A DNA stretch of 63,809 bases, the filler included, from Octopus bimaculoides (taxonomy: Eukaryota), in assembly GCF_001194135.2 (NCBI RefSeq). It is 7 parts of 6 records of this genome, joined end to end, with 100 filler letters (N's around TTAATTAATTAA, not from the genome) between each part and the next. Parts side by side here need not be neighbours in the genome. Positions count along the whole stretch, not along the records: positions 49,361 to 56,110 come from NC_068998.1; positions 56,211 to 61,672 come from NW_026423490.1; positions 61,773 to 63,809 come from NC_068983.1; 4 more parts are not named here. One strand, given 5' to 3'. The position numbers and the translations under genes were made by a program. Below the pieces are notes generated by a model. That model was not told where the DNA came from. It saw nothing but the letters and a program-made list of their open reading frames with translations, and made no database searches. Shown here piece by piece: positions 49,651 to 62,902 of the stretch (its first letter is position 1; each line of letters opens with the position of its first letter).

Positions 49651-51798
49651 CACCAACGAAGAAGGACTTACCTAGTACAGACGACAGGGTGTTGCAGCTT
49701 GAGTGTAAATACGAACAAGCAGACCGGGTGACACATACTACAAAATAGGACATGAAACTTATAATAGTTCACGTTAAATCATGTGTATATCAAATGGTAT
49801 TTATGCTCACTAGGTGGTGGAAAGTTTTCTTGGTGCAAGCAATAATGAAGAAGCACACACACATACATATGTGTGCCTGTGTGTACGTGTACACAGGTAT
49901 ACGTGTATGCACATATATGAAACAAAGCTAAAATTGGAACATGAACGTAAAAGGCAACAACTAAAAATCCGGAGAATTTGACGATACAAAAATATTTTGT
50001 ATCGTCTAAATGTCCGGTTGTTTCGTAATCGCCTGTTACGTTCTTGTTCCATTTTTGAATTGTATTTTGATTTATATATACATATAGCGGCGTACGTACA
50101 ATTTTGGTCTCTTATATTTATGTGTGTGTGTGTCTATATGTGTGTGTGACTGTGAGTAAGTGTTTGTGTGTATGTGTATGTGTATATATATATGCTATAT
50201 GGTAATCTTACGTAAGTCTGCTCTGGGAAGAAACGTTGTCACATTTCAGAGTACAGTATTTTCCCCTTTCATTTGGCGCATTTTATTGAACCAGTCAGAA
50301 TATTTTTCAATAGTTTCATGCACTTTTTAAATGGAAATACTGCAGATATTAAACCCACCTCATTATACCAAAGTGAATGTTGATTTTTTCAATAAAATCA
50401 AATTTAACCCTTAGTAGTAGTTGCAAATACGTTAGAAGATGCATGGTTTTCATTATACTGGCTACATTTTAACGGTGACATTACTCTCGATAAATTTCCT
50501 ATAACCAGTTTTGTTAATATTCACCGTTAACATAGTTATTCAGTACATATGGGGATATTTGCTTATTTTAAGTCCACCAGTGTGTTGCGCTGCATATGTT
50601 CAACTGGCTTCGATGAATCTAGTAAAAGGAAGGATTTTTAATCTTATTTATGGGGGTATAGAAATATTTTCAGCCTTTCATTCATCCCTATTCGAATTAT
50701 ACCTTCAGTAGATTGTCTTATTTCTTACGCTTAAACATATTAGTTTATACATGCACATACACCACTTCCAAAGGAGGAATTCTTCCAGCAATCATTTTTA
50801 TTCTCCTTTTCGTATTTTCTGCCTTTTCGACATTTTCAGAATATTGTTTAGCAGGATATAAGTGCCAAGTAACACATTAATTTTTTTGCAATGGCATTTG
50901 AGAATAACAAACCCGTCAATACAACTTGGCAAGACAGATATGATACGTATGACGGCGTTTCTTCAAGTTATGTTTACATGTGCATAAAACAACGACTGTA
51001 TATCACAGTAAGGCATTACTAGCACATTATAGAATTATCAACCAGTGGCGTTTGTGTCATTAGAGAAATTGTCGGAAAATAAATTTCCAAACTCGTAACA
51101 CAAACTTTAAAAATTTCAATAACGATTACGAATTTAACTCTTATATTCAGCACTTCATTATGTTTACATATAAAGAGGTACCTACATAGGCACACAAATA
51201 TGTATATCGTTCTGTTTGCATACATGTGTATCTCTCTAACCACCGAGACGCATATGCACACGTATGCGCAAACATAGAGGCACACACAAGCGGGCGCACA
51301 CACATGTCCACAGATGCACACACATGCGCACACATGCACACACATGCACACACATATATGCAGGTACAAATAAAGTTGTCTCAAATGTTACAGTGTAAAT
51401 TGTTTCTGCGCAACAATTATCAAATAGGATTCGTGTAAAAAGGTCGGGAAACATTTAAATATTATTAATTAAAAAAACACGAATGGAATTTAAAGTTATG
51501 TATTCACTTACACTCTATAGCTATCTATCTATCTCTCGATATATATATATATATATANNNNNNNNNNNNNNNNNNNNNNNNNNNNNNNNNNNNNNNNNNN
51601 NNNNNNNNNNNNNNNNNNNNNNNNNNNNNNNNNNNNNNNNNNNNNNNNNNNNNNNNNNNNNNNNNNNNNNNNNNNNNNNNNNNNNNNNNNNNNNNNNNNN
51701 NNNNNNNNNNNNNNNNNNNNNNNNNNNNNNNNNNNNNNNNNNNNNNNNNNNNNNNNNNNNNNNNNNNNNNNNNNNNNNNNNNNNNNNNNNNNNNNNNN

Positions 51799-51860
<62 letters not shown>

Positions 51861-54641
51861 CATATATATGAGTGTGTTTGTGTGTGTATCTACACGCATA
51901 CACAAAGACATACGTACCACATGTGTATAGATACATGCATATATGTGGGTGTGCGCGCGTTCGTGTGTGTGTGCGTGTATGTGTGTTACATCTGTGTTTC
52001 TATGTATAATTGTTATTTTTATTAATGCTAATGCCCATTTATTCGTTAGCATTAATAAAAATGTGATGTATGTGGTAAAGGTAATAAAGAAGATACGCTT
52101 ATACCATCTTTTACTATTTCGAAGAATTAATTCTTGCATATTAAAATGTTTCGGATGTTCTTTTGAACCAATCCATTTTGAAGTTGACATGATATTTAAA
52201 ATTTATTTGCAGAGAGATCGACCTTCTCGACATTTGAAACTCTTTTATTCGTTCTGTGAAATAGTGAACAAAATATATAAATTCTAATTTATGTGTTACA
52301 TTAGAGTATCATCTATCTCACTGTCAAATAAGTACTATGGAATTAAGATGAAAGTAAAAAGAATTGAAATAAACTACGTGTATGAAATGGTTTTGAGTGT
52401 GTGTGTGCGTAAGTATATACATTTCACATCACCTTTATAACTACATATTCTCACTGAGCTTTGAAACATCTTTTTACATACTCTATCTTCAGATTCAAAA
52501 ACATGAGACAAGGCGTACGGTGTTTTGTTTCTGTCTCTTTTAATATCGTCTATGATCATTTGAAAGAGTGTTCCCATAATATTTCTCCATTATTTTTCTA
52601 TTTCCTTGCAACCATAAGAATGAAAGGTGTTCGTCTGTGTTTCCTTCAATCTTCGTCTGGTATGTATCTTAAGTAGCTGCTGTGTTCATCCTAGCATCTA
52701 CTTATGTATAACTACTTGCTCAGATAGCATATATGTTTGTTATGCGTTGCCTGAAAATTCTAATTGAACCAGCATGCACGATACAGAGATATACTTGTAA
52801 ATAAAGCATACAATAAATTTACATCACATTGTTCCTGTTCTCTAAGCAACACCAAAACCTAACGTTTAAAACCAAAAAGCAAACGCCATGACTCATGGTA
52901 GATGAAATATATGTCTGCCATGTAAATTACGGGCGAACCTGGTATACGTGTGCCTATATACCTATGAAAATAACAGGCTTTGCTCTTCCTGAAACTACAA
53001 AATGCCAAAGATTTTCCTCATAATCTATTATTAATGTTTCAATAAAACAATCTCACCAAGTCAGAAATGTACAATACTTTCGTGATAGCTAACAACTGTG
53101 ACCTTGCTAGCAGGCCGCTCCTCAGTAGCCATGTCCAACTGAACGGCTAATTTTGAGCATTTTATGCCATAAACGCCTTATTTGAAAATACAATATTCAT
53201 GTTGAATTGATGATCTAAAAGGATGATCTAGAATGGCAGGCATATCCTTGTACAGTCTTTCTCACTACTAGTAATATTTCTTATTTCTTAATTCTATTCT
53301 CTTTCGTAGCTCACTATCTCATTTTTCACTCCTTGAAAGTGACGTCGAGTGACTAGTAAACGGTACACATCCACATTTCCTGCATAAGTTGTCTCTACAA
53401 ATTTTAATCCTACCGTTTACATAGCATTTAGTCAGAATTATAGATCTATGTTATACGTTTCTGGTTATACGGCGTCTTCAATCGGTAGATGGAAATCATA
53501 TGGGCGGATTTTTATGCTAATCCCCCTCTCACATTCCACTTTTCGTAAGCCAATAAACCATGTATCCACTATACCATCCCGGTCGACACGTTACAGTGAA
53601 GATTTGAAATTTCAAAACATCTTGTATACTTGAATTCGGGGCATACATGACCATGACACGGACGGCAGCTTCGTGCTGCTGTTCATTTTGAAGTCTACTG
53701 TGTTACTATAATTATAGAGAAATATTTTCCAAATATCGAAGCTTTCGCCTTTCTCAAAGAACGCTTCAATTTCACTCGATGAAAATGGAAGAATGCTATA
53801 CGTTACAGATTTCTGGCAGGTTCCATAAAGTAAACAGCATGCACATGCTAATTACTGTGATGATTGAGACAACTAAATGAATCACACTAATGTTACAAAG
53901 CATCTGATCTAAATTCCAAGTCCACACTGGGGTTTACACAATTATTTAGAATGAACTTAGTTCAGTCAGGTTGAGCGGGGATTAAATTCCAATGTATTCT
54001 TACAATGGACAAATATTAACATGGTCCTTCAGATGTGAACTGCACTAAAATGAAGTATCTGTCATTGCATTATTGCTTTCACTTTGAAAACATCTACATC
54101 AAGCGGCCGTTATTCACGAATTTTTCAAACAGCCGTGATTGAAGACAATTGGCCAATGCTCTTANNNNNNNNNNNNNNNNNNNNNTGTGTATGTGTGTGT
54201 GTTTGTGTTGAAGTTTCTGGTGATATTCTACAATATATTTCTTTAATAGTTACAACCTTATTGGGGTTTATTTCTAATCTTTGTCTGAAGCATGATTCAT
54301 CTTGAGGCGGAATATACCTAATAATTTATCAGACTAGAACACATAATTTATACACAACATCAGTAACTGAATGTAGCATTTCATGTTATCTAGATCTATA
54401 TATCGTTCTTCTGATGACGGGAATGATGTGAATATACATAAAAAAAACACTCTGCAAATAAAAAAAATAAAGATAAAAACAAATACAATAGCACAAAATA
54501 ACAAAACTAATTCTTATTATCATGTTTTAGTGTGATCATAGTCTTAGTATTGACAGCAAAAGTTTTGTTTCGGTGTCAACATATTCGATAAAATATTCAT
54601 AATATTCATACTCCAGAGACAAAGTCCAGCAAATGTTTTCC

Positions 54642-54678
<37 letters not shown>

Positions 54679-56210
54679 NNNNNNNNNNNNNNNNNNNNNN
54701 NNNNNNNNNNNNNNNNNNNNNNNNNNNNNNNNNNNNNNNNNNNNNNNNNNNNNNNNNNNNNNNNNNNNNNNNNNNNNNNNNNNNNNNNNNNNNNNNNNNN
54801 NNNNNNNNNNNNNNNNNNNNNNNNNNNNNNNNNNNNNNNNNNNNNNNNNNNNNNNNNNNNNNNNNNNNNNNNNNNNNNNNNNNNNNNNNNNNNNNNNNNN
54901 NNNNNNNNNNNNNNNNNNNNNNNNNNNNNNNNNNNNNNNNNNNNNNNNNNNNNNNNNNNNNNNNNNNNNNNNNNNNNNNNNNNNNNNNNNNNNNNNNNNN
55001 NNNNNNNNNNNNNNNNNNNNNNNNNNNNNNNNNNNNNNNNNNNNNNNNNNNNNNNNNNNNNNNNNNNNNNNNNNNNNNNNNNNNNNNNNNNNNNNNNNNN
55101 NNNNNNNNNNNNNNNNNNNNNNNNNNNNNNNNNNNNNNNNNNNNNNNNNNNNNNNNNNNNNNNNNNNNNNNNNNNNNNNNNNNNNNNNNNNNNNNNNNNN
55201 NNNNNNNNNNNNNNNNNNNNNNNNNNNNNNNNNNNNNNNNNNNNNNNNNNNNNNNNNNNNNNNNNNNNNNNNNNNNNNNNNNNNNNNNNNNNNNNNNNNN
55301 NNNNNNNNNNNNNNNNNNNNNNNNNNNNNNNNNNNNNNNNNNNNNNNNNNNNNNNNNNNNNNNNNNNNNNNNNNNNNNNNNNNNNNNNNNNNNNNNNNNN
55401 NNNNNNNNNNNNNNNNNNNNNNNNNNNNNNNNNNNNNNNNNNNNNNNNNNNNNNNNNNNNNNNNNNNNNNNNNNNNNNNNNNNNNNNNNNNNNNNNNNNN
55501 NNTATATATATATATATATATATGAGTGTATGTGTGTATATGTATGTAGAAATATACATGATTAGATACACTCAGAAACATTTGTATCCACATTTCTATG
55601 TATATACAAAAGAGGTAGTGTACGTGTTCGTGTGTGGGTATGTGTGTGCATGTGTGTGTGTTTTCGTGCGTGTATGTGTGTTTGTACTGGTCTCTTTTGT
55701 GTGTAATTTCAAGATATCAAAAAGCAGTAAGAAGAATTAAATTTTCTTAACTGCCCAATACCTACAATGGGCATACGTTAAAAAACAAAAGCAAAAGTAT
55801 ATCAGTTTATCTAGATTTGCAGCGGCAAATACACAGAATCATACAGAAAATTACAGTTGATAAAACAAAGACATTATTCTAAACCTATCATACAATTCCG
55901 ATAACCCAACAAATAAGTTTTCTCGACCTGTGCCTAAAAGCTACTTTCAAATTCGAAATCTCTAATATAAACAAAAATATAACAATGTGCACCGTATAAC
56001 CTATATGTGTATATAGTTATACGTCCATGGCTTTTCTCTGTGCGTCCAAGTCTGTGTGTATATATAAATATATATATATACACACATATATGTGTGGGTA
56101 CATATATATANNNNNNNNNNNNNNNNNNNNNNNNNNNNNNNNNNNNNNNNNNNNTTAATTAATTAANNNNNNNNNNNNNNNNNNNNNNNNNNNNNNNNNN
56201 NNNNNNNNNN

Positions 56211-56253
<43 letters not shown>

Positions 56254-56395
56254 TATAAATATATATTCATACATATGCATACATACATACAAATATATAT
56301 ATATATATACACATACATATAAATATATATACATACATACATACAAATAAATATACATACAAATATATATACATACATACAAATATATGTACATA

Positions 56396-57307
56396 CATAT
56401 GGATCAAAAAGTCATGTTGACTCTATGGAAGACATTTGTTCTGAGCCGCCTAGACTATTGCTCTCAGTTGTGGTCACCACACAGTGTCAAGCAGACAGCG
56501 GCGAGTTGGCAGAAACGGGCGAAATGCTTAGCGGTATTTCGTCTGCTGCTACGTTCCGAGTTCAAATTCCGCCGAGGTCGACTTTGCCTTTCATCCTTTC
56601 GGGGTCGATTAAATAAGTACCAGTTGCGCACTGGGGTCGATGTAATCGACTTAATCCCTTTGTCTGTCCTTGTTTGTCCTCTCTATGTTTAGCCCCTTGT
56701 GGGCAACAAAGAAATAAGAAATAAGAACTCGAGGCAATTCAACGTCACTATACAAAAAAGATCGCCACAGTCAAACAGATGAACTACAGGGAGCGACTGA
56801 AGGCACTAGGTCTCCACTCCCTGGAGCGCAGGCGGGAGAGATATGTAATAATATACATATGGAAAATACTGGAAGGACTGGTACCAGACTTTGGCATCAA
56901 GTACTACAAGAATGCCTGCACAGGTCGTCACTGCATGGTACCAAAGGTGCCGTCCACTGCATCTCACATAAGAACGAGGTACTGCAACAGCCTCAGTTTC
57001 AGAGGACCTCAGCTCTTCAATGCCCTGCCAAAACATTTGAAAGACCTGCAAGACATGGATATAGAGGTCTTCAAGACAAAACTCGACGCTTTTTTCTCCA
57101 CGATACCAGACGAACCAATGGCTCGAAATGAGACACAGTTTAGGGCAGCGATGTCAAATTCTCTTATACACCAGATGTGCCATCAAAACTCTTGATTGGA
57201 CTATATCAGGTGGAGGAGAAGAGCCATGCAAGGAACGTGAAGAGAGCACAGCATAAAGACGGAAAGTCACGGTGGTGCTCCAGCATGACCACAGCCACTT
57301 GGCTGAA
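56396..57307 (+). mobile_element. CR1/L2-group LINE 3' portion, interrupted by SINE A
   Basis: MLTLWKTFVLSRLDYCSQLWSP...ELEAIQR..TKKI...NYRERLKALGLHSLERRRERYVIIYIWKILEGLVP...FRGPQLFNALPK...FKTKLD; 3' UTR ending in the conserved stem-loop tail. Confidence 0.9.
56500..56723 (+). mobile_element. SINE family A inserted into the LINE coding region
   Basis: Near-consensus body and AAGAAAT tail, sitting inside codon GC|A of the LINE frame. Confidence 0.9.
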
Positions 57308-58484
57308 NNNNNNNNNNNNNNNNNNNNNNNNNNNNNNNNNNNNNNNNNNNNNNNNNNNNNNNNNNNNNNNNNNNNNNNNNNNNNNNNNNNNNNNNNNNNN
57401 NNNNNNNNNNNNNNNNNNNNNNNNNNNNNNNNNNNNNNNNNNNNNNNNNNNNNNNNNNNNNNNNNNNNNNNNNNNNNNNNNNNNNNNNNNNNNNNNNNNN
57501 NNNNNNNNNNNNNNNNNNNNNNNNNNNNNNNNNNNNNNNNNNNNNNNNNNNNNNNNNNNNNNNNNNNNNNNNNNNNNNNNNNNNNNNNNNNNNNNNNNNN
57601 NNNNNNNNNNNNNNNNNNNNNNNNNNNNNNNNNNNNNNNNNNNNNNNNNNNNNNNNNNNNNNNNNNNNNNNNNNNNNNNNNNNNNNNNNNNNNNNNNNNN
57701 NNNNNNNNNNNNNNNNNNNNNNNNNNNNNNNNNNNNNNNNNNNNNNNNNNNNNNNNNNNNNNNNNNNNNNNNNNNNNNNNNNNNNNNNNNNNNNNNNNNN
57801 NNNNNNNNNNNNNNNNNNNNNNNNNNNNNNNNNNNNNNNNNNNNNNNNNNNNNNNNNNNNNNNNNNNNNNNNNNNNNNNNNNNNNNNNNNNNNNNNNNNN
57901 NNNNNNNNNNNNNNNNNNNNNNNNNNNNNNNNNNNNNNNNNNNNNNNNNNNNNNNNNNNNNNNNNNNNNNNNNNNNNNNNNNNNNNNNNNNNNNNNNNNN
58001 NNNNNNNNNNNNNNNNNNNNNNNNNNNNNNNNNNTGGTCCTTTGCTTTCTTCTTTCTTATGTGTGTCCCTCCTTGCTAATGATCAGCCATTTTGTATTTT
58101 GTATTCCTATTGTATGTGTTTACGCATGCGTATCCCTCTACGTGTGTCTATGTTTTGTAAGTGCATGTGTGTGTATGGGGAGTGCCTGTATTATCTATAT
58201 CCTCCGTTAATACATGTTCGTTTATTTTATTTTTGTTTTGTTTTTATTCTTTATTTATTTGTTCATGTGCTTATACCTGCTTCTTTTTTGCTTGTTTTCT
58301 TTTTGTATTTAATTTAATTTTGTTAACGTATGTAGTATTTAATTCCATTTGTTTATCTATGTATTATATTATATTTTGTTCATATTGTTATCAGTTTATG
58401 GGGAATTTATTGTCATATGTTGTGGTTTGTTGGGGTGTGTGTGTTAGTGTTCCATTCCAGTTTCCTATTCAGGCTAGGGTTATC

Positions 58485-58745
58485 TTCTATTGTGTGTAGC
58501 TTCTGTAATTTGTCTAAGTGCTGCGTCTGTTCTATGTGTGGATAAGATTTTAATTTCTATGTTGTTGAGTGAGCCTCCGTGTTCCTGTTCAGCATGCTGG
58601 TACAGAACTGATGAGCTCTTCTCTTCCTTAAGTTCCCTCCAATGTTCATTTACCCGTTCTCCTATGCTCTGTGCTGTTTCCCCTACATACTTCGTTGTTT
58701 TGTTACATCTTATACTATAGACCACATTTCTCGTTTTACAGTTTG
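58485..58745 (-). mobile_element. Penelope-like element, GIY-YIG fragment (second, different copy)
   Basis: CKTRNVVYSIRCNKTTKYVGETAQSIGERVNEH...LYQHAEQEH...IKILS...LRQITEA. Confidence 0.85.
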
Positions 58746-58804
58746 TTTGTGGGCTAAATCTACATACATACATAGTATGTATGTATGTATCTACATACAT
58801 ACAT

Positions 58805-58850
58805 ACTAAATAAAACGTGAAAATAAGATTAAGTTGGAATTTCTTTCAAT

Positions 58851-58900
<50 letters not shown>

Positions 58901-58942
58901 AAAGAAATTCCAACTTAATCTTATTTTCACGTTGTATTTAGT
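58805..58942. repeat. 48-bp inverted repeat (1 mismatch) flanking a (TA)n tract
   Basis: Left arm 58805-58852 is the reverse complement of 58895-58942. Confidence 0.9.
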
Positions 58943-59489
58943 CATATAATAATATAATATCATTAATGAGAGAATATGAAATGTCCATTCTGATTGAACT
59001 AGTATTTTCATGCATTAAACTATGCACTCTTCAGGTTCATGTAGTAGTGGTGACAGTTATGTTTTACAATTTGCAACTGTGGTAAGATGGCTAAATTGTG
59101 TGCCTTAAATACACGTGTATAGACTCCAGAATGTTAATTTTTGCAAACTGTATTCTGACCAATCAGTTTGTGATCTTACTAAATTACTTAAGTTGGTTGG
59201 TGTTTGGTTTAGGTGTCACGGTTTGCTGAACATGTCAAGAGACCTGCATTTTCACCCTGGCCAAAGCAGTAATTGTTGGGCTATTTTTAGAAATGTTGTA
59301 AGCAACATTTCTACTGTTGGTGGTGGTGGTAGGTGTAGCTGTGGTAGTAGAACTTTAAACCCCAAAATAAGATAATTTTTACTGACTTTTCTCTTGACTT
59401 AACTAGTATTTTCTCCTGCTATTATCATAATGAGTACCATTAGTATTGTGGTTGTTGTTAGTGATCGTAGCAGTAGAAATAGTCCCTCT

Positions 59490-60040
59490 AAGTATTAGTA
59501 TTATTGTTTATTTATCTTGGGTTGGAATTTATTAATAAAGTTCTTTACTCTGATTTTTCTTTCAATTTCACTTGGACTATGTAGTTTGTAGAATGGAAAT
59601 ATTATAAACATTTTCCAACTGCATGTTGCTAGACAGTTACTCAAAGGTATCTGACAGACATCTGGGTCTCTAATTTGCTGTTGGTGCTCACGTGAATATT
59701 CTGATAGTGCATTTCCAGTCTGACCTACATATAGTTCTTCACAATTTGGGCATTTGATGCAGTAAATTAAACTTCTGCTTTTGCAGTTCATATCTGCATT
59801 CGTGAATATTTTTCTGGCTTTTGTCTTCATATACTGGCTGGTATGTATGAATTGGTATTTGCCACATTGGCTATCATTGCATTTAGATACTGTGAATGAT
59901 TGGTCTTTGTTACTAAGGTCAAACTTTACCTTTGTTAATAAATTTTTCAAGTCTTTAGGTTGTCTTTTACTAAGAAACATAGCTTGATCTGTGGTTATAT
60001 CTTTTAATTCATTACTCTGAGCAATGATTGGTAGATAAAA
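59490..60040 (-). mobile_element. Penelope-like element, GIY-YIG endonuclease region
   Basis: ORF 59501-59980: KC...C...NCKSRSLIYCIKCPNCEELYVGQTG...REH...ER...E/K.FI.KFQPKIN. Confidence 0.9.
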
Positions 60041-60069
60041 CTGACCATAAATGAAGTTGACACAGACTC

Positions 60070-61610
60070 AGCTGCTGGCCCTGAAATCAGGCAAACGAGT
60101 CCTTGCAAAACCACTGCAGCTTCTTTTTTAGAGCTTTCTTGCAAGAGCTAAGCTCCCAGACAAACTGAAGGAAGGGATAATATGCTCGATCCATAAGGGA
60201 AGAAGCAGAGATGCTAAAGATTATCTCTCTGACCTCACACATCAACAAAGTCATGGAATGAATAATCCGCAAGAAACTAATCGCGTTCATTGAAGAAAAT
60301 GACTTGCTGACTGACACCCAGCATGGATTATGACCAGGTAGAAGCTGCCTGACACAGCTCTTGCAACACTATGACTGGGTGTTAAAACAGCTGCTAAACA
60401 ATTCAAGTGTGGATGTGATATATCTTGACTTTACAAAAGCCTTTGCTAAAGTCAGCCATGGTATGATACGTCAGAAAGTGTATGATCTCAGTATAGTGAG
60501 AAAACTTGGGGAGTGGCTGCACAACTTTCTAAAACACAGACGTCAGGCAGTGGTGGCCAATGGAGCCACCTTCAAGGAAACAGAAATAGCAAGTGGTGTT
60601 ACACAGGGCACTGTTATTCATAGTGGCCTTCTCAGGCATGCCCTCAGCTGCTTAGATAGCTATGCAGATGACACAAAAGTCTCTCTCAGACAATACTGCA
60701 CATCTGTAAATTGAGTTGGATGCAATATACAGGTGGGCTGAGGACAACAACATGCGGTTTGATGCAGGAAAATTCCAAACCCCATGCTACTAGCACACAA
60801 AACTGAATGACATGCAGACAGGATACATTTGTCTAGGAGGAATTGCAATCCCTGAATCAAAATCAGTGTATAACCTGGGCATTGATATGAGCAATGATGC
60901 ATCTTACCAAGTGCATATTATCAATTTGGTAATAAAATGCAGATGGCTAGCTGGATGGATCCTCTGAACTTTCAAAATAAGAGAAAAGGACACAATGATG
61001 GTCCTTTGGAGGGCATATGTCCTTAGTCGCTTTGACTACAGCTGCCAACAATGGTCACCGCACAATATAAAATTAATGGTTGAACTTGAAGTAATCGAAC
61101 GAAGTTACACAAAGTAAATCGTCTCAATACAAAGTATCAATTACTGGGAAAGAATGAAAATATTAAAATTCTTCTCTCTAGAACAAAGGAGGGAAAGATA
61201 TGCAGTCATATACATATGGAAAATCCTGGAAGGCCTTGTACGAGTTTTGGCATTCAAAGTTACATAAATAGCAGAATAGGGTGCCACTGCATAGTGCCAA
61301 AATCCCAGTATTTCCATCAAAATACAGGACAAAATACTGCAACAGCTTGGGTTCCAAAGGTCCACAGCACTACAATGTCAGAGAGACCTGCATGGTGTGG
61401 AAGTGGGTGTCATCAAAACAAAACTCGATCTCAGCTTGTCAATGATTCCAGATGAGTTTACCGCACTACAGGAAATACATATGAGGGTAACAGCATCAAA
61501 CTCCCTCATTCACCAAATGCCACACAACAGAGGAGGTTTCAAATAATAGTGTAGCACAGCCAACGGTGGTGCCCCAGCATGATCGCAGCTTTGAAGCTGA
61601 AAGAATTTAA
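60070..61610 (+). mobile_element. CR1/L2-group LINE, degenerate RT region to 3' tail (same family as 56396-57307)
   Basis: QHG..PGRSCLTQLL.HYD...VDVIYLDF.KAF.KV.H, SGV.QGTV, YADDTKV (60661-60680), SLEQRRERYAVIYIWKILEGL; many stops and frameshifts; 3' tail at 61564-61605. Confidence 0.9.
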
Positions 61611-61637
61611 AGATTTATATATAAATATATATGCACG

Positions 61638-61672
<35 letters not shown>

Positions 61673-61772
61673 NNNNNNNNNNNNNNNNNNNNNNNNNNNN
61701 NNNNNNNNNNNNNNNNTTAATTAATTAANNNNNNNNNNNNNNNNNNNNNNNNNNNNNNNNNNNNNNNNNNNN

Positions 61773-61811
<39 letters not shown>

Positions 61812-61817
61812 CATACA

Positions 61818-62225
61818 TGGCGTGGTTGTGCGGTAGGAAGCTTGCTTCACAACCACATGGTTCCGGGTTCAGTCCTACTCCGTGGCACCTTCGGAAAATG
61901 TCTTCTACTATAACCTCGAACCGATTAAAGCCTTCTGAGCGGATTTGGTAGACGGAAACCGAAAGAAGCTCGTCATGTATACATATGTACATATCTATGT
62001 ATGTGAAACTTTGTGTTTGAGTTTGTCCCCCACACCATCACCATCACCACTACCGCTTGACAACCAGTGTTGGTATGTTTACCTCTCCATAGCTTAGTGG
62101 TTTGGTAGCACATATGGACAGAATGATTATTATGCTTTAAAAATACTGCAGTGATTCATTCGAAAAAATGTTCAAGGATATGTCCCAGCATGGCCGCAGT
62201 ATAATGACTGAAGCAAGTAAAAATG
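61818..62225 (+). mobile_element. SINE family B, diverged full length
   Basis: Head to CCAGCATGGCCGCAGT...GACTGAAGCAAGTAAAA tail. Confidence 0.82.
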
Positions 62226-62699
62226 AGAGACAAAAAATATAGATATGTGTACGTATGTGTGTGGGCGCTTATACGCGACCAGATATTCACTCTACAAGAG
62301 GTCGTGAAAATATTGATTATTCATAAGAGGTGTACATGCCGAGGAAGGTTTTGCTATAGTTTGGAATTAGTGGAAATGTTTTCGCTGCAGTAAAAGTCAT
62401 GGGAAAGAAATCACCTTATGAACTATAACGTGGTGAGGAGAGGAAGCTAAATATTTGAATTAGTTGTTCATGCATCGTTTGGACAAGAAAGCAGTCCGAT
62501 CCGAAAAGCAAACAACTATTGTAGTAGAGTTTGAAAATGTATAGTGTGGGTACATGTATATTATCCGAAGGCTGGAGTACATTGATAGACATTTATGTAC
62601 CTCCCGTCTGTAATTCAACAAGTAATACTCTCAGTCATTCACCTACCTTTCTTTCTATTGAGTTCTTTTGAAAAAAACTTATTATTACGGTATTTCTAT

Positions 62700-62902
62700 G
62701 AGGTGGTGATCTGGCAGAATCGTTACCGCGTCGGGCGGTATTTCGTCTTCCGCGACGTTCTGAGTTCAAATTTCACCGAGGTCTATTTCTGTCTTTCATC
62801 CTTTCGTGTTCGATAAATTAAGTACCAATTGCGTGCTGGCGTCGATCTAATCGATTAACCCCTTCCCTCAAAATTTCAGGTCTTGTGCCTATAGTAGAAA
62901 TG
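62700..62902 (+). mobile_element. SINE family A
   Basis: GATCTGGCAGAATCGTTA...GAGTTCAAATTTCACCGAGGTC...GTGCCTATAGTAGAAA. Confidence 0.85.

Noticed and set aside
50585-50640. EGF-like LRCICSTGF on plus
   Set aside because: Only two cysteines, stop shortly after, no supporting splice structure.
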